In this document: piece after piece, positions 43,000-53,967 of the stretch
Numbering within the stretch: position 1 is the stretch's first letter
How the letters are laid out: each line of letters opens with the position of its first letter
Assembly: GCA_965240325.2 (NCBI GenBank)
Contig: OZ251250.1
Coordinates: 558,001-622,000, forward strand
Direction: 5' to 3'
DNA: 64,000 nucleotides
From: Rebecca billardiae RCC1528
Lineage: Eukaryota; Protista; Haptophyta
Translations under genes and position numbers: made by a program
The notes under the pieces: model-generated
Seen by the model: the letters and a program-made list of their open reading frames with translations, nothing else
Told to the model about the DNA's origin: nothing
The model's database searches: none

Positions 43000-45821
43000 A
43001 TGGCGACGGCTGTGCTCACCGTGGGCAAGGGCAAGCGTTCCTGCGCGAAGCCTAGGAAGCCCAAGCTGCATCGCAAAGGTGCCTAACGCATCGGGCGCCA
43101 CGTCTCTGCCGCATCTGCATGGCTGCGCATGGCCGCGGCGCTCAGCCGCACGAGATGCTCAAGCTGCGCGCGCGCGAGGCCGCGAGCGAGGTGGACCACT
43201 CGATCATGCCGAACGAGAACTACCTGGCGGAGGTCAAGCGCAGCGTCAACAGCCTCGTCGCCATCAAGGCCCAGCGGAAGAAGAACAACCTGCTGCGTGT
43301 AGCCAAGCTGCGGCTCTTCTCGTGAGACGCGCTCGTCTTGCATGCCTTCACCTCGCTCGACGACGAGGGCGTCGTGCACTAGGCGCGCGAGAAGGACCGC
43401 ACACTGAGCATCGTGGGCTCGCGCCAGCCCGAGAGTTCTCGACGTGGCTCAACCTGGGCATGCGCCACCCGATCCCGCCGCCGGTGGCTGGCTCACGTGA
43501 GAGCGCGCTGCGCAATCGCGAGCACGCGGGCGCGGGCGTGATGATGATCGGCAGCGAGTCGGCGGCGCGGCCGTGGGCGCAGGCCGTGGGCGCCGTGCTG
43601 GATCGCTTGGAGCACTACGGCAAGTCCGCGCGCCCGCGCGGGCAGCCGCATGTCCTCCTCCTCTCGGCGGACACGGGCCAAACGCAGCGCACTCGCGCGC
43701 GGCCACGATCGCCATCGTGCGCAACTATGAGGGTGTTGCGCTCGCGTCGTCGGAGGCGATCGCCATCTCGGAGCGGCCGGACTCGGACATGCCCGAGCTA
43801 TGGAGTGCGGACGCCGACGGGATCAATGACGTGATCCGGAGCGGCCGGCTCCCACCGCGACCGGCGCCGCCAGCTGCCGCCGCTGCACGTGGCCAGCGCG
43901 GCAGGGCGGCGCGGCTGGCGGCGCTGCAGGCGGCGCGGCCGGCGACGCGGCCGGCGGCGCGGCCGGCGGCAGCGGCGGCAGCGGCAGCGGTAGCGGCGTA
44001 GCTGGCGGTGCCGCCGGCGCTGGAGTCCGCGCGGCCGGTTGCGCGGTCGGCGGCGCGGCCGGCGGCGCGGCGGGCGGCGCGGCTGGCAACGCGGGCGCGT
44101 CCGCGGGCACGGGCGGCGGCGCGGCCGGCGCGAGCGGCAGCGGCAGCGGCGTGGCTGGCGGCACAGTCGGCGCTGGCGTCCGTGCGGCCGGTGGCGCGGC
44201 CGGCGGCGCGGCCAGCGGCGCGGCTGACAGCGCGGGCGGTGGCGCGGCCGGCGGCGGCACTGCCGGCGGCGGCGCGGCCGGCGGCGCGGCCGCGCGCGGC
44301 CGGCGCGGCCGGCAGCAGCGGCGGCAGCTGCAGCGACAGCGGCGTGACTGGCGACACAGCCGGCGTTGGCGTCCGCGCGGCCGGTGGCGCGGCCTGCGGC
44401 GCGGCCGGCGGCGCGGCTGACAGCGCGGGCGATGGCGGGCCCGGTGGCGGCGCGCCCGACGGCGGCACGCCCGACAACTGCGCGCCAGGCGGCGGTGCGC
44501 CCGGCGACGCGGCCGGACGCGGCCGGCGGCGCGGCTGGCAACGCGGGCGCGGGTGCTGGCGGCGGCGCGGGCGGCGCGGGCGGCAGCTGCAGTGGCGTGG
44601 CTGGCGGCACAGCTGGCGTTGGCGTCCGCGCGGCTGGAGGCGCGGCCGGAGGTGCGGCCGGCGGCGCGGACAGCGGCGCGGCTGACAGCGCTCGCGATCG
44701 CGCGGCCGGCGGCGGCGCGGCCGGCGGCGGCGCGGCCGGCGGTGGCGCGGCCGGCGGCGGCGCGGCCGGTGCGGGCGGCAGCAGCAGCACTGGTGGCAGC
44801 AGCAGCGGCAGCTGCGTGGCTGGCGGCACCGCTGGCGCTGGCGTCCGCGCGGCCGGTGGCGCGGCCGGCGGCGCGGCCGGGGGCGCGGCCGGGGGCGCGG
44901 CTGGCAACGTGGGCGCGGGCGCGGGCGCGGGCGGCGGCGTGGGCGGCGCGGCCGGCAGTGGCAGCGGCGTGGCTAGCGGCACAGCCGGTGCTGGCGTCCG
45001 CGTGGCCGGTGGCGCGGCATGTGGCGCGGCCAGCCGCGCGGCTGACAGTGCGGGTGGTGGTGCGGCTGGTGGCGGCGCGGCCGGCGGCGGCGCGGCCGGC
45101 GGCGGCGCGCAGCAGCGCGGCCTCGGTGGCAGCACTGCCTCGGCAGGCGGCAGCGCGGCCGGCGGCGGTTTTGGCGGCGGCGCCGAGGCGGCCGACTACG
45201 CGGAGGAGCAGAAGGCCATCGTGGCGTGCACCGGCGCTTACGTCAGCCTCGCCAGCCTCGCCGGCCAGGGCTCGCACAACGTCCCACCGCTCCGCTTCAA
45301 CGTCTGGGCGGTCACGGAGGCGGGCGCAGACGGCGTCTCGCCTCAGGCGGCGGGGGCGCCTCGTGCAGCTCGCGGACGAGCAGGTGCAGGGGCATTTCGT
45401 GCAGGTGACCAAGCGTGCGATGCCGCTCGTGCACGCGCGCAAGTCACTCGACTCATTCGTCCGCGAGTACGCCGAGGGGAAGAAGTCGACGGCGGAGCCG
45501 CACATCTCGACGGTCGCGCAGCTCGTGCGCCGCGTGTCGCTTGCGACGTGGGCAGAGGAGTTCGGCGACAAGGTGCGGCGGCTCTGGCTGAAGAAGTACG
45601 CCAAGCGGCAGCGCGAATGGCAGCGCAGGGCGGAGACCGACGCGATCGACCTGATCGCGGAGTGCATGACGGCGCGCAAGCTCCTGCGCGAGGAGGCTGG
45701 GCTTCCGGAGAAGGAGTTTTCGGCACTCAGGAGCAAATTGATGGCGGCGCGCTCGCCGGACCGCTCGGTGACGGTGATTTACGGCGCGGATGTCGCGCGC
45801 GACGGTAGCGGGGCTGGGTAG
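43000..45821 (+). pseudogene. Interrupted ORF of unknown family inside the inverted repeats
   Basis: Coding-like blocks (HEMLKLRAREAASEVDHSIMPNENYLAEVKR..., REFSTWLNLGMRHP..., ADYAEEQKAIVACTG..., GHFVQVTKRAMPL...WLKKYAKRQREW) are separated by stops and frameshifts. Confidence 0.55.
43880..45185. repeat. GC-rich higher-order minisatellite based on GGCGCGGCCGGC
   Basis: Recurring units GGCGCGGCTGACAGCGCG, GCTGGCGGCACAG and GGCGTCCGCGCGGCCGG. Confidence 0.85.
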
Positions 45822-46447
45822 CGGCAATCAGGCAGCTGACGGTGCGGGCATGCAGGGGGGACCAGCCGCGCGCGCGCGCCGCCCCCTAGGGGCGCGCGCG
45901 CAGCGCATAGTAATTTTTCGAAAATTAATCTGGCCGCTGGACACGCTAACGGCCGCTTTAAAAAAGAAGTCGTTGCTGTGTTACAATTCAGGCATCTTAC
46001 TATGACGGAATGTTCGAACTGACACGGCTGGTGTTATGTGCTATTCCACCCTGCATTCCCCTAAGTGTTACTATCGTTAAAATTAAGGGGCAGTACAAAC
46101 GCAATCATTGGCAGCGATATCCATGCTCATACGCTAGGCCACCTACCGAAAAAACCCAAAATCCTGCGCGCGCATCCTCTTTTTGATTTTGCGGAGCACG
46201 TGCGCCGCCCCCCCCGGCTTTCGCTCACGCTCAGACCTTTCGGGGGGGCCGTGCGCCATGATCGATGATCGACGACGATCGATCGATGATGTCGTGCTGG
46301 CAGTATATAGTCGTCCGGTCCTGCGGTCCACCGGCGGGCGCCCCGGCGGACCTCTGTATGCATATCCGCAGCGCCGCATCGCGCCGACCCTGCGGCGCGC
46401 GACGGTGGACTCGAGCACGTGGACTGCACGCACACCGCCCGCTTCCA

Positions 46448-46903
46448 TCAAATGATCGCCGCGCCGAGCGGCCGTCGCCGCCCGGCGTGCACCAGCGTCG
46501 CGAGCTGCGCAACGGTGGACTCGAGCACGTCGACGGTGCTCACGTCCGCTTGCATGTGGCGGAAGATCCAGCCCTTCATCAGCGTGGCGAGGCGCGAGTC
46601 GAGGACGTCGGAGACGCGGGTGTCCGGGCTGAACTCGGGCGCGAACGCCGCGCGTATCCTGCCGAGCCCATCCTCCGTCGCCGGCGCGGACTCTAGCAGC
46701 GTGGGGGCGGCGGCTGCCGCAGCGGGCGCATCCGCCGCGGCCAAGTGCGCGACCTCGCGCAGTTGGGCGAGGATGATGTCCACGACGAGCGCGAGCTCGC
46801 GCTCGGCGTTGGGCTCGAGCCGCTCCAGATCAGCCACGAGCGCGTCGACGCGCGCGCCGCCATCCACGCCGAGGCGCTGCCGCTTGAGTGCCGCGTTCAC
46901 CAT
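46448..46903 (-). CDS. Hypothetical helical protein, about 151 aa
   Basis: ATG start and coding-like codon use. A degenerate second copy of its last segment (HVLESTVA) lies downstream of the stop. Confidence 0.5.
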   Translation of the reverse strand: MVNAALKRQRLGVDGGARVDALVADLERLEPNAERELALVVDIILAQLREVAHLAAADAPAAAAAAPTLLESAPATEDGLGRIRAAFAPEFSPDTRVSDVLDSRLATLMKGWIFRHMQADVSTVDVLESTVAQLATLVHAGRRRPLGAAII

Positions 46904-47128
46904 TGCCCGCTCGGGGGTGGACGTGAGGCGCGGCGCGGCGGGGGGCCACCGAGTCGACGGGCGAAAAGCAGCAGCCAATAAAAAGCAGCGAGAGGCCTGG
47001 GCCGACGAACGAATCCCGGGCCTCCATGCACAGATTTACATGATTGCAGCTTGTTGACGAATGACGATTCGCTGGCTGGCCAGGAAGCTGAGTAACGTGC
47101 GCCGCAGGCTGCGGTGCCCGCCACCATC

Positions 47129-47784
47129 ATGGATCAGGCCACGGAGGCGGCGTTCCTCGCGCAGCTCGAGCGCAAGCGGACGGACATGCACGACCATATG
47201 CGGCAGCGGCGGCTGCGCAAGGCGGGCAAGCCGCCCCCCATGCAGCAGATGCTCGCCGCCGCGAGCCAGCCCCCCGCAGACGTGCTCACTCTCGAGCCCA
47301 GCTTTGGCGCGGCCGAGGAGGCGAGCGAGCGCGAGATGGAGGAGCAGGAGGTGGAGTGGGCGCGGCAGAAGTGCGCGCACGCGCGCGCGTACTGGGCGAC
47401 GAAGGAGGCGCGGTACCGGCCAACCCCCGCCGCCGCCCGCGCTCCGCGCTCACCGCCCCCACCGCTGCTCCGCGCGCGCGCGTGCGCGCACCTTGCCCCC
47501 CCAGGGCGTTGAAAGTGCTTGCCGGCGACCCTTCCGGACTCAGCAGCCAGTCGTCGCTCTTCAACCTGCGCCGCGTGGACGACGGGTTCGGGCGGCTGTC
47601 CCCCGATCGGCCCAGCGCCAACGCGTCCCTGCCCACCACGGCGCAGACCGAGGTGCGCCTCTCGCCGCCCGTGGGCGCGCCGCAGTCAATCATCCAGCGC
47701 CGGATACGCAAGGGCACGGGGCGGCGCGCCGGGCTCGTGCTGTCATGCGACGGCTGGGGGCTGCCGAGCGAGTCGTTGCCCTAG
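47129..47784 (+). CDS. Hypothetical protein, 2 exons (47129-47412, 47505-47784)
   Basis: A GTACC...CCCCAG intron restores the frame. Divergently oriented to the previous gene. Confidence 0.6.
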
Positions 47785-48257
47785 GGCGAGGAGCATGCGC
47801 GCGAGGCGGCATCTTCGAGGCGAGCTCGCGCTGTGAGGCGTACCCTGGCACGAGTCCGGATGCCATTCCGGAACAGTGCCATCAGTCCGAGATTTGAGTC
47901 CGTGCCCCGACGCCGGACACTTTCATCCGAACCCCCGGCGGGGCACCCGTGCTCCGCCGCCCGCGCCGACTGGCCGCAACGACTACCACGGAGAATGTGC
48001 GCGCCGGTGACCCAGGCACCCGGCGACGATGTATACTCAGTGTGACTTCACCCAAGCGGGCTGCCCACGGCCGCGCCTGACCGCCTGTTTCAGCGGGGCA
48101 CCGCCGAAAACATGATCCGCTATCTGCTCTGTCCGAACGTCTTCGTCTGTTACTTCGATGGCATTGCCGTACCAGTAGATATTGTAACGGTGAATGAACG
48201 GTCGTCGCAATCGCGAGCACTACGAGGAGCGCCCGACGCGTTTCCGGGGCAGACGCG

Positions 48258-48767
48258 ATGACCCTGGCCACCGCGCGGCTCGCGAAGGAGCGGCAGAGCT
48301 GGCGCAAAGAAGTCAACCCGCCGAAAGGATTCGTCGCGAAGCCCACTACGCGCGCCGACGGCTCGGCCGACCTGCTCCGCTGGGAGTGCCTCGTGCCGGG
48401 CAAAGAGGGAACCATCTGGGAGGGCGGCGAGTACCCGGTCACTCTGCAGTTCTGCTCGGACTATCCGACCAAGCCGCCGGTGTGCTCGTTCAAGCCCGGC
48501 TTCTTGCACCCCAACGTCCACACGGACGGCAAGATCTGCCTGGATATCATCAACGACAGGGCGAACGGCGGCAGGTGGAACCCGGGCACCACGATTAAGA
48601 TGATTCTGATCGGCATCCAGGAGCTGTTGGACAGGCCTAACATCAACTCGGCCGCGCAGCAGCGAGCGTACGAGCTGTACAAGCGAGACCACACGGCTTA
48701 CGAGAGAGAGGTCCGGGCGCAGGCGAAGCGACACGCGCCAGTCGAGCTGATTGACCTTACGCTCTGA
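48258..48767 (+). CDS. UBC9: SUMO-conjugating enzyme Ubc9-like (divergent, intronless), 169 aa
   Basis: RLAKERQSWRK, WECLVPGKEGTIWEGG, HPNV...ICL (catalytic Cys), TIKMILIGIQELL, YEREVRAQAK. Confidence 0.9.
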   Translation: MTLATARLAKERQSWRKEVNPPKGFVAKPTTRADGSADLLRWECLVPGKEGTIWEGGEYPVTLQFCSDYPTKPPVCSFKPGFLHPNVHTDGKICLDIINDRANGGRWNPGTTIKMILIGIQELLDRPNINSAAQQRAYELYKRDHTAYEREVRAQAKRHAPVELIDLTL

Positions 48768-49474
48768 CTGGCGCGTGGGTGGATGGCCATGCCAGCAGTC
48801 CGCGAATCATGTCAGGAATCAAGTCCGCTGGATGATGCCTTGACGCCGACGAAGTTGAAATTGAATTGCAACGCGGACGGCCCCGGCGGACGGTATATAT
48901 AGTACGTCTGCTGGCTGATGCGTCGTACATACTAACGACACACCCGGCCGGGCGCGACGGCAGTCACACGGCACGGAGTCCGCGGCCGCCCGGGCACGGC
49001 GCCACCGTGCCACCGGGGCGAGGCATCAACCCCGGTGACCGACCGGTCGGCGTCGGCGTCGCTGGCAACGCTGAACGCAACCACTACTGGCCAGGCACGA
49101 TCACGCCGGGAGTCCGTCCGAGACAGAGACGGCGGCTCGCGCTCGCGAAATTCTAGTCGAGCCCGAGAGAGATGCCACCGGGCGAGCGTGCACTCTCCCT
49201 CGGGGCGGCCGCGCGCGCGAGTCGAGGGCCTGTGGCGGCGAGGCCAGCTCGCAGCGTGGCTGAGCCGCCGGCGCGCCGCGCGCCCGTCCGGCCGTCGCGC
49301 CTTGTTGCGGTGCTCCGCGCCAGTCCGGGACCACGGGTCCACGTCAGCGGCCGGACTGCCTCGCACGTTGGAGCCGGTGGTGACACGCGCCGGACGCCCC
49401 TCGCTCGCGCCGATCCGGCGCGGCCCGCGCCTCCGCAGGCCCGCGCCTCCCGCGCCGCACACTGCTGCTGCTGC

Positions 49475-51824
49475 TCACATGATGGCACACTTGCTCTCCG
49501 GCACACCGTCAGCGCCGAGCTCGCCCACAGGGCCCGTGGGCGGCTCCGCCTCGCCGACCGCGTTGGCCTCGGCGCCGACGCGGCCGATCTCCGTGCCCGA
49601 GGGGGCGTACAGCACCGCCTCGTCGCCGGCGTCGTTCCACATGTAACTGTGGCGGTTACGGTGTCGGTTACGGCGGGGCGAGCGGGTGCGAAGGTCAGGG
49701 CGAGCATGGCGGCTACGGGGCGTGCGCCGGTGTGCGCCCGCGCCCGCGCCGCCCGCACGGCGCGGGCAGGCACGCAGGCGCAGGGCGTGCGGCGCGCGCG
49801 CGCGCGCGCAGGCGGGCGCAGTCACGCCGCGCGGGTCCCGCGCGCGCACGCACCGCGGCGACCACCAGAGCTCGGTGAGCGGGTCTCGCTTCTTGCGCTG
49901 GTTCTTTTTGCCCGACCAGACCGTAACTGCCATCCCTGGCTGCAGCACAAAGTCCGGTGGGAAGTCGAACTGCAGGTCGTCGGAGTGGACGGACTTGACC
50001 TGTGCGCGTGGCGGGCACGCCGGCGCGCGCGAGGACAACGGCGCGCGTGAGCGCACGCGGGGCGGCGGCGCGCGCGCATGCCGCCGTGTGCGGCGGCGGC
50101 GGCGGCGCACAGCGCTGTGCGGCGCGGCGCACCGAGAAGCCCCCGAGCGGCGCGGGCGCGTCGCCGGCGTTCTTGAGCGAGAAGCAGTCGTTCGGCAGGT
50201 CGAGAGTGGCGAGGTAAGGCCGTGGGCCGAGGGCGGCGCTGCCGCCCGCGCCACCCGCCGAGCCGGCGCCGCCACCCAACGTGACGCGCCGTCGCTTCGG
50301 CTCCTTGGTGGGCGTGATGCCAAGCCGCTCCTCCTCGCCCTCGAGCAGCTTCGTGTACGTCTTCAGCTCCTCCGACAGCGAGATCTTCACGTCCATCAGC
50401 TCGTTGAACTCGACCTCCTTCTGCTGGCGCGCGGCGCGCGCCTCTGCGCGCGGGAAAAAAGCAAAAATAAGCCATATAAGAAAAGAACAGTCAGTAGAGG
50501 CGCGCGGGGGCGGCGAGTGAGCGCGCGCGTGCAGCGCCAGCGGCGGGTGCGCGGGCTCCGCGCGGCCGTGTAGGCCGTGGCGCCACCACCTGCCCGGCGG
50601 CCGACCGGCCGGTCGGCACGGCGCCGCCACGCTCGCGCCGGGGCCCAACTGCTGCACGGCGCGCGCGACAGGACAAGACAAGGGCGCGGCGCGGCGCGGC
50701 GCGGCGCGGCGAGCGGACAGCAGCGCGCGGCGCGCGCACCCTGCAGCTGCTGATCGAGGCGCGCGATGGCGGCCTCGAAGTGGGCGACGCGGTCGCCGAG
50801 CTTCTTCTCCAGCTCGGTGGCCTTCGCCTCCGCCGCCGACGTGCGCGCGCGCAGCTCGCGCATCTGCTCCGTGAGCTCGGTCGCGCGCGCGCCCGCGCCC
50901 TGACGCGCGGCCTTCTCCTCCTCGACCGACCGAAGCAGTTCCGCTTCGACGGCGTTGAAGTGGGCCTGGAGCGCGTCGAGCTCGGCCTGGCGCTCCTCCT
51001 CGGCGCGCTTCTTCTGCTTCTCCATCGCCTCCTGCAGCTGCTTGTCGTAGCTCGCCTTCAGCCGGTCCACCTCCGAGCGCGAGCCACCGGACAGCTCGGC
51101 GATCTGCGCGCGATACGTTTCAGACTCTTTGCGCCGGAGCTCCTCGGCGGTGGCGAGCTGGTCGCGCAGCGGCGCGAGCTTCTTCTCGAGCAGCGCGGCC
51201 TTGGACTCGGAGACCTGCATCGCCTTCTGCAGCTCCGCCACGCGCTCCTCCGCCTCGCGCGCGCGCCCGCCCAGCCGGTCGCGCTCGTCCGTCACGGTGC
51301 GCAGCTTGATCTCGAGATCGTCTGCGAGCGCCGCCTTCTTCGACGCGGCGTTGCGCTCCTTGACGGCGTCATTGGCCTGCGTGGTCAGCGCGCCGACCTT
51401 GCCCTTGAGCTCGGTGATCAGCTCCACGTCCTTCTCCGCCGTCTTGCGCATCTCCGCCAGCTGCTTCTCGTAGAGGTTCCGCATGGAATCGGACTGCGCC
51501 TTGTGCGTCGACGCGGCCACGTCCACGCGCGACTGGAGCTCCTCGTTGGTGGCCTCGAGCTCCTTCATGCGCGAGAGGAAGTACTGCAGCCGCGCGTTCA
51601 GGTTGTGCAGCGTGTCGCGCTCCTCCACGCGCGACAGCCGCGTCGCCGAGTCGCTGCCCACTGCGCGGCGGAGACGAGCGCGCCGAGCCGGGCCGCACCG
51701 CGCCGCGCGCGCGACACGCGCGGTGAGACAGGCGGCGGGCGAGGCCGCGCGCGCGGCGGTGCGGACGCATCGGCACGGCGCGCGCCACGAGCGCGCGCGC
51801 ACTCGATGAACGCCGCTCCGTCAT
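49475..51824 (-). CDS. Nuclear lamin (B-type architecture), 523 aa, 5 exons
   Basis: Exons 51824-51803, 51660-50740, 50443-50133, 49999-49854, 49646-49475 (1572 nt). Coil 1A 'SRVEERDTLHNLNARLQYFLSRMKELEATNEEL', rod end 'LMDVKISLSEELKTYTKLLEGEEERL', NLS 'PKRRR', Ig tail 'FDFPPDFVLQPGMAVTVWSG...WNDAGDEAVLY', CaaX 'CAIM*'. Confidence 0.95.
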
Positions 51825-52065
51825 CTCCGCCGCCGTCCGATGCGTCGCCGCGAGCGCCGAGGTGCCGAGCTAGCAAGGGTGCCTGCCTGCTCACCAGCCG
51901 AGCTCGGCAGTCGGCCGTGAGCTTCCGCAGGCGTTGGTCTGGCCGGACAGTCCGGAGGCAACAGGCACATTGCCAGTGCAGCGGTGCAGCCCGGCGAGCG
52001 GGAAGCAAGCGCAGAGGGCGTGCGCGCCACAGGCGCGCGGTGGCCGTGCGAGATCCGCCACGCCC

Positions 52066-52957
52066 ATGTCTGCCGACGCCGAGGTCGCCTCGCGGCTGCA
52101 GCACCTGATCGCGCAGGGCCAGTCGCAGGATGTCGTCCAGTACGCCGAGGAATTTGAGCTCGCCGTGCGCGCTGCGCGGCCGCGTGCCGTCCGCCGCGCC
52201 TCGCGTCGCGCGGCCGCGCGGCACAGCGACGCTTACCGCTCGCGCGCGGCCGCACTGTTCTGCTCGCGCAGCTCGGCCACGCGAGCGTGAATGCGCAGAC
52301 CTCGTGCGTCGTGTACACGGCGCAGCTCCTCGGCTACCTCATCTCGCGCGATCTGAACAACGCCAGATTTCTGTGGAAGCGCATTCCGGCCGACACGCGC
52401 GGGGCGGACGCAGAGCTGGGGAAGGCGTGGCAAGTGGGCAAGCACATGGTGCGCGCGCGCTCGTGGGCACCCACGCCACGGGTCCTCCTGGGCAGCCGCG
52501 CCGCCGCCCGCGCGCGCTTCTCACCCTCGCTCGCCGCGCGCTCTGTGCGCGCTCTGCGCGCGTGCGTGCGCACCACGCCTCCGCCGCGCCGCGCCGCGCC
52601 GCGCAGTGGAAGGGCGAGCGCGGCGAGGCGCTCCGCGCGCTCGGCGCCGCGAGCGGCTGGAGCGCGCTCGCCGCCCCACTCGTCGGCATGCTCCACGCCG
52701 CGCTCACCGAGCACACGCTCCGCCTCATCGCCGACAGCTACACGTCGATCCAGCTGGCGGATGCGGCGCAGATGCTAGCGACAACGGCGGACTCGGTGGC
52801 GTCGCTCGCGCAGCAGCGCGGCTGGGACGTGCAGCCCGCGCCGGGCGGCGGCGCGGCGGTGCTGCTGCCGAGGCCCGCGCCGCGCGCGGCGTGCGCGCAT
52901 GACCTGCGCCTGAGCCAGCTCACGCAGCTCACCAAGCTCGTCGCTCAGCTGGAGTGA
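52066..52957 (+). CDS. CSN8: COP9 signalosome subunit 8, 208 aa, 3 exons (52066-52164, 52272-52448, 52607-52957)
   Basis: 'YTAQLLGYLISRDLNNARFLWKRIP', 'LIADSYTSI', 'RGW' and C-terminal 'QLTQLTKLVAQLE'. Confidence 0.93.
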
Positions 52958-53688
52958 CGTCGCGCGGCCGCGGGAATTGCCACGGCTTGCCTTGTCCAGC
53001 GTGGCATGGGCATCACGGAGTCGCGGCAGCCGCGCCGCCGTGCGCCGCGGGCGGACGCGCCAGCGGCCTGATGCGCCGTGGTATGGCACAGCATATACTG
53101 CGTCAATGGCGGCATCATGGCCTCCGCCCGGCTCTGGCCGCGCGGCGGCGCAGTGCCGAGTCCGCGAAGCGGCGAGCCGTGCCACTCTGTCTCTGATGCT
53201 GCTGCACTCGTGAAGGCGTGACGCCGCGCCGCGGCGGCTCATGCCTCGTGAGCCTCGTCGACCGCCGCCGAGCAAGTGAAGACTGTAGTGCTAGACTTAG
53301 CAGCTGACCGCTCCGGGCAATCGGCACTCTAGACGGTATGTAGCACAACAGTGAACAGACACAGTTCACGCCGGGTGCCAGCCAGCACCGACTGTCACAC
53401 CCGGCCCACCGACCAGTGACCGACCGGACCGCACTCGGCCTCGGGCGGCACTCGCCGACCGGACCACCCATGCGCGCACTACTGACGACGTGCCACAGGG
53501 CCCACTGCGGCCGCGTCGTCGTCGATACAGCTTGCGCGGATGAGTGGATCGTGCAATCGCGTTAACGGTCAGCGCAGATCGTCATCGAAAAAATGCGTGT
53601 GTCTGCGAGCTGCTGCCCCCAGCTTAGATCGTGCTCGCGAGCGCAGAGCCTCCCCGCGCCCAGCACGGCCGCGCTCAGCCAACCCCGA

Positions 53689-53967
53689 CCCGCGTCACAG
53701 CTCGGAGCGCGTCTTCGCCTCGAGCTCCTGCTGCCTCGGGTCGCAGAACACGATCTCGACGCGGTACGTTAGGTTGACCCGAACCCCAACCCGCGTCACA
53801 GCTCGGAGCGCGTCTTCGCCTCGAGCTCCTGCTGCCTCGGGTCGCAGAACACGATCTCGACGCGGTGCGTTAGGTTGACCCGAACCCCAACCCGCGTCAC
53901 AGCTCGGAGCGCGTCTTCGCCTCGAGCTCCTGCTGCCTCGGGTCGCAGAACATGATCTCGACGCGGT
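53689..53967. repeat. ~100-bp tandem triplication including the stop codon of the adjacent gene
   Basis: CCCGCGTCACAGCTCGGAGCGCGTCTTCGCC...TCGACGCGGT occurs three times, with TCA at 53696, 53796 and 53897. Confidence 0.92.

Larger units (their letters stand above)
42446..45980. mobile_element. Putative ~3.5-kb element bounded by 34-bp inverted repeats, carrying a decayed ORF with a Gly/Ala minisatellite
   Basis: CACAGCAACGA(T/C)TTCTTTTTTAAAGCGGCCGTTA at 42446-42479, inverted at 45947-45980. True termini and TSD not resolved. Confidence 0.6.

Noticed and set aside
43798-45808. Intact collagen/silk-like or extensin gene
   Set aside because: Open frames on both strands arise from a GC minisatellite, and the flanking coding blocks contain stops and frameshifts.
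17600-46100. Endogenous giant virus or Polinton explaining the island
   Set aside because: Apart from the EsV-1-7 repeats, no capsid, packaging ATPase, polymerase or integrase genes are visible.
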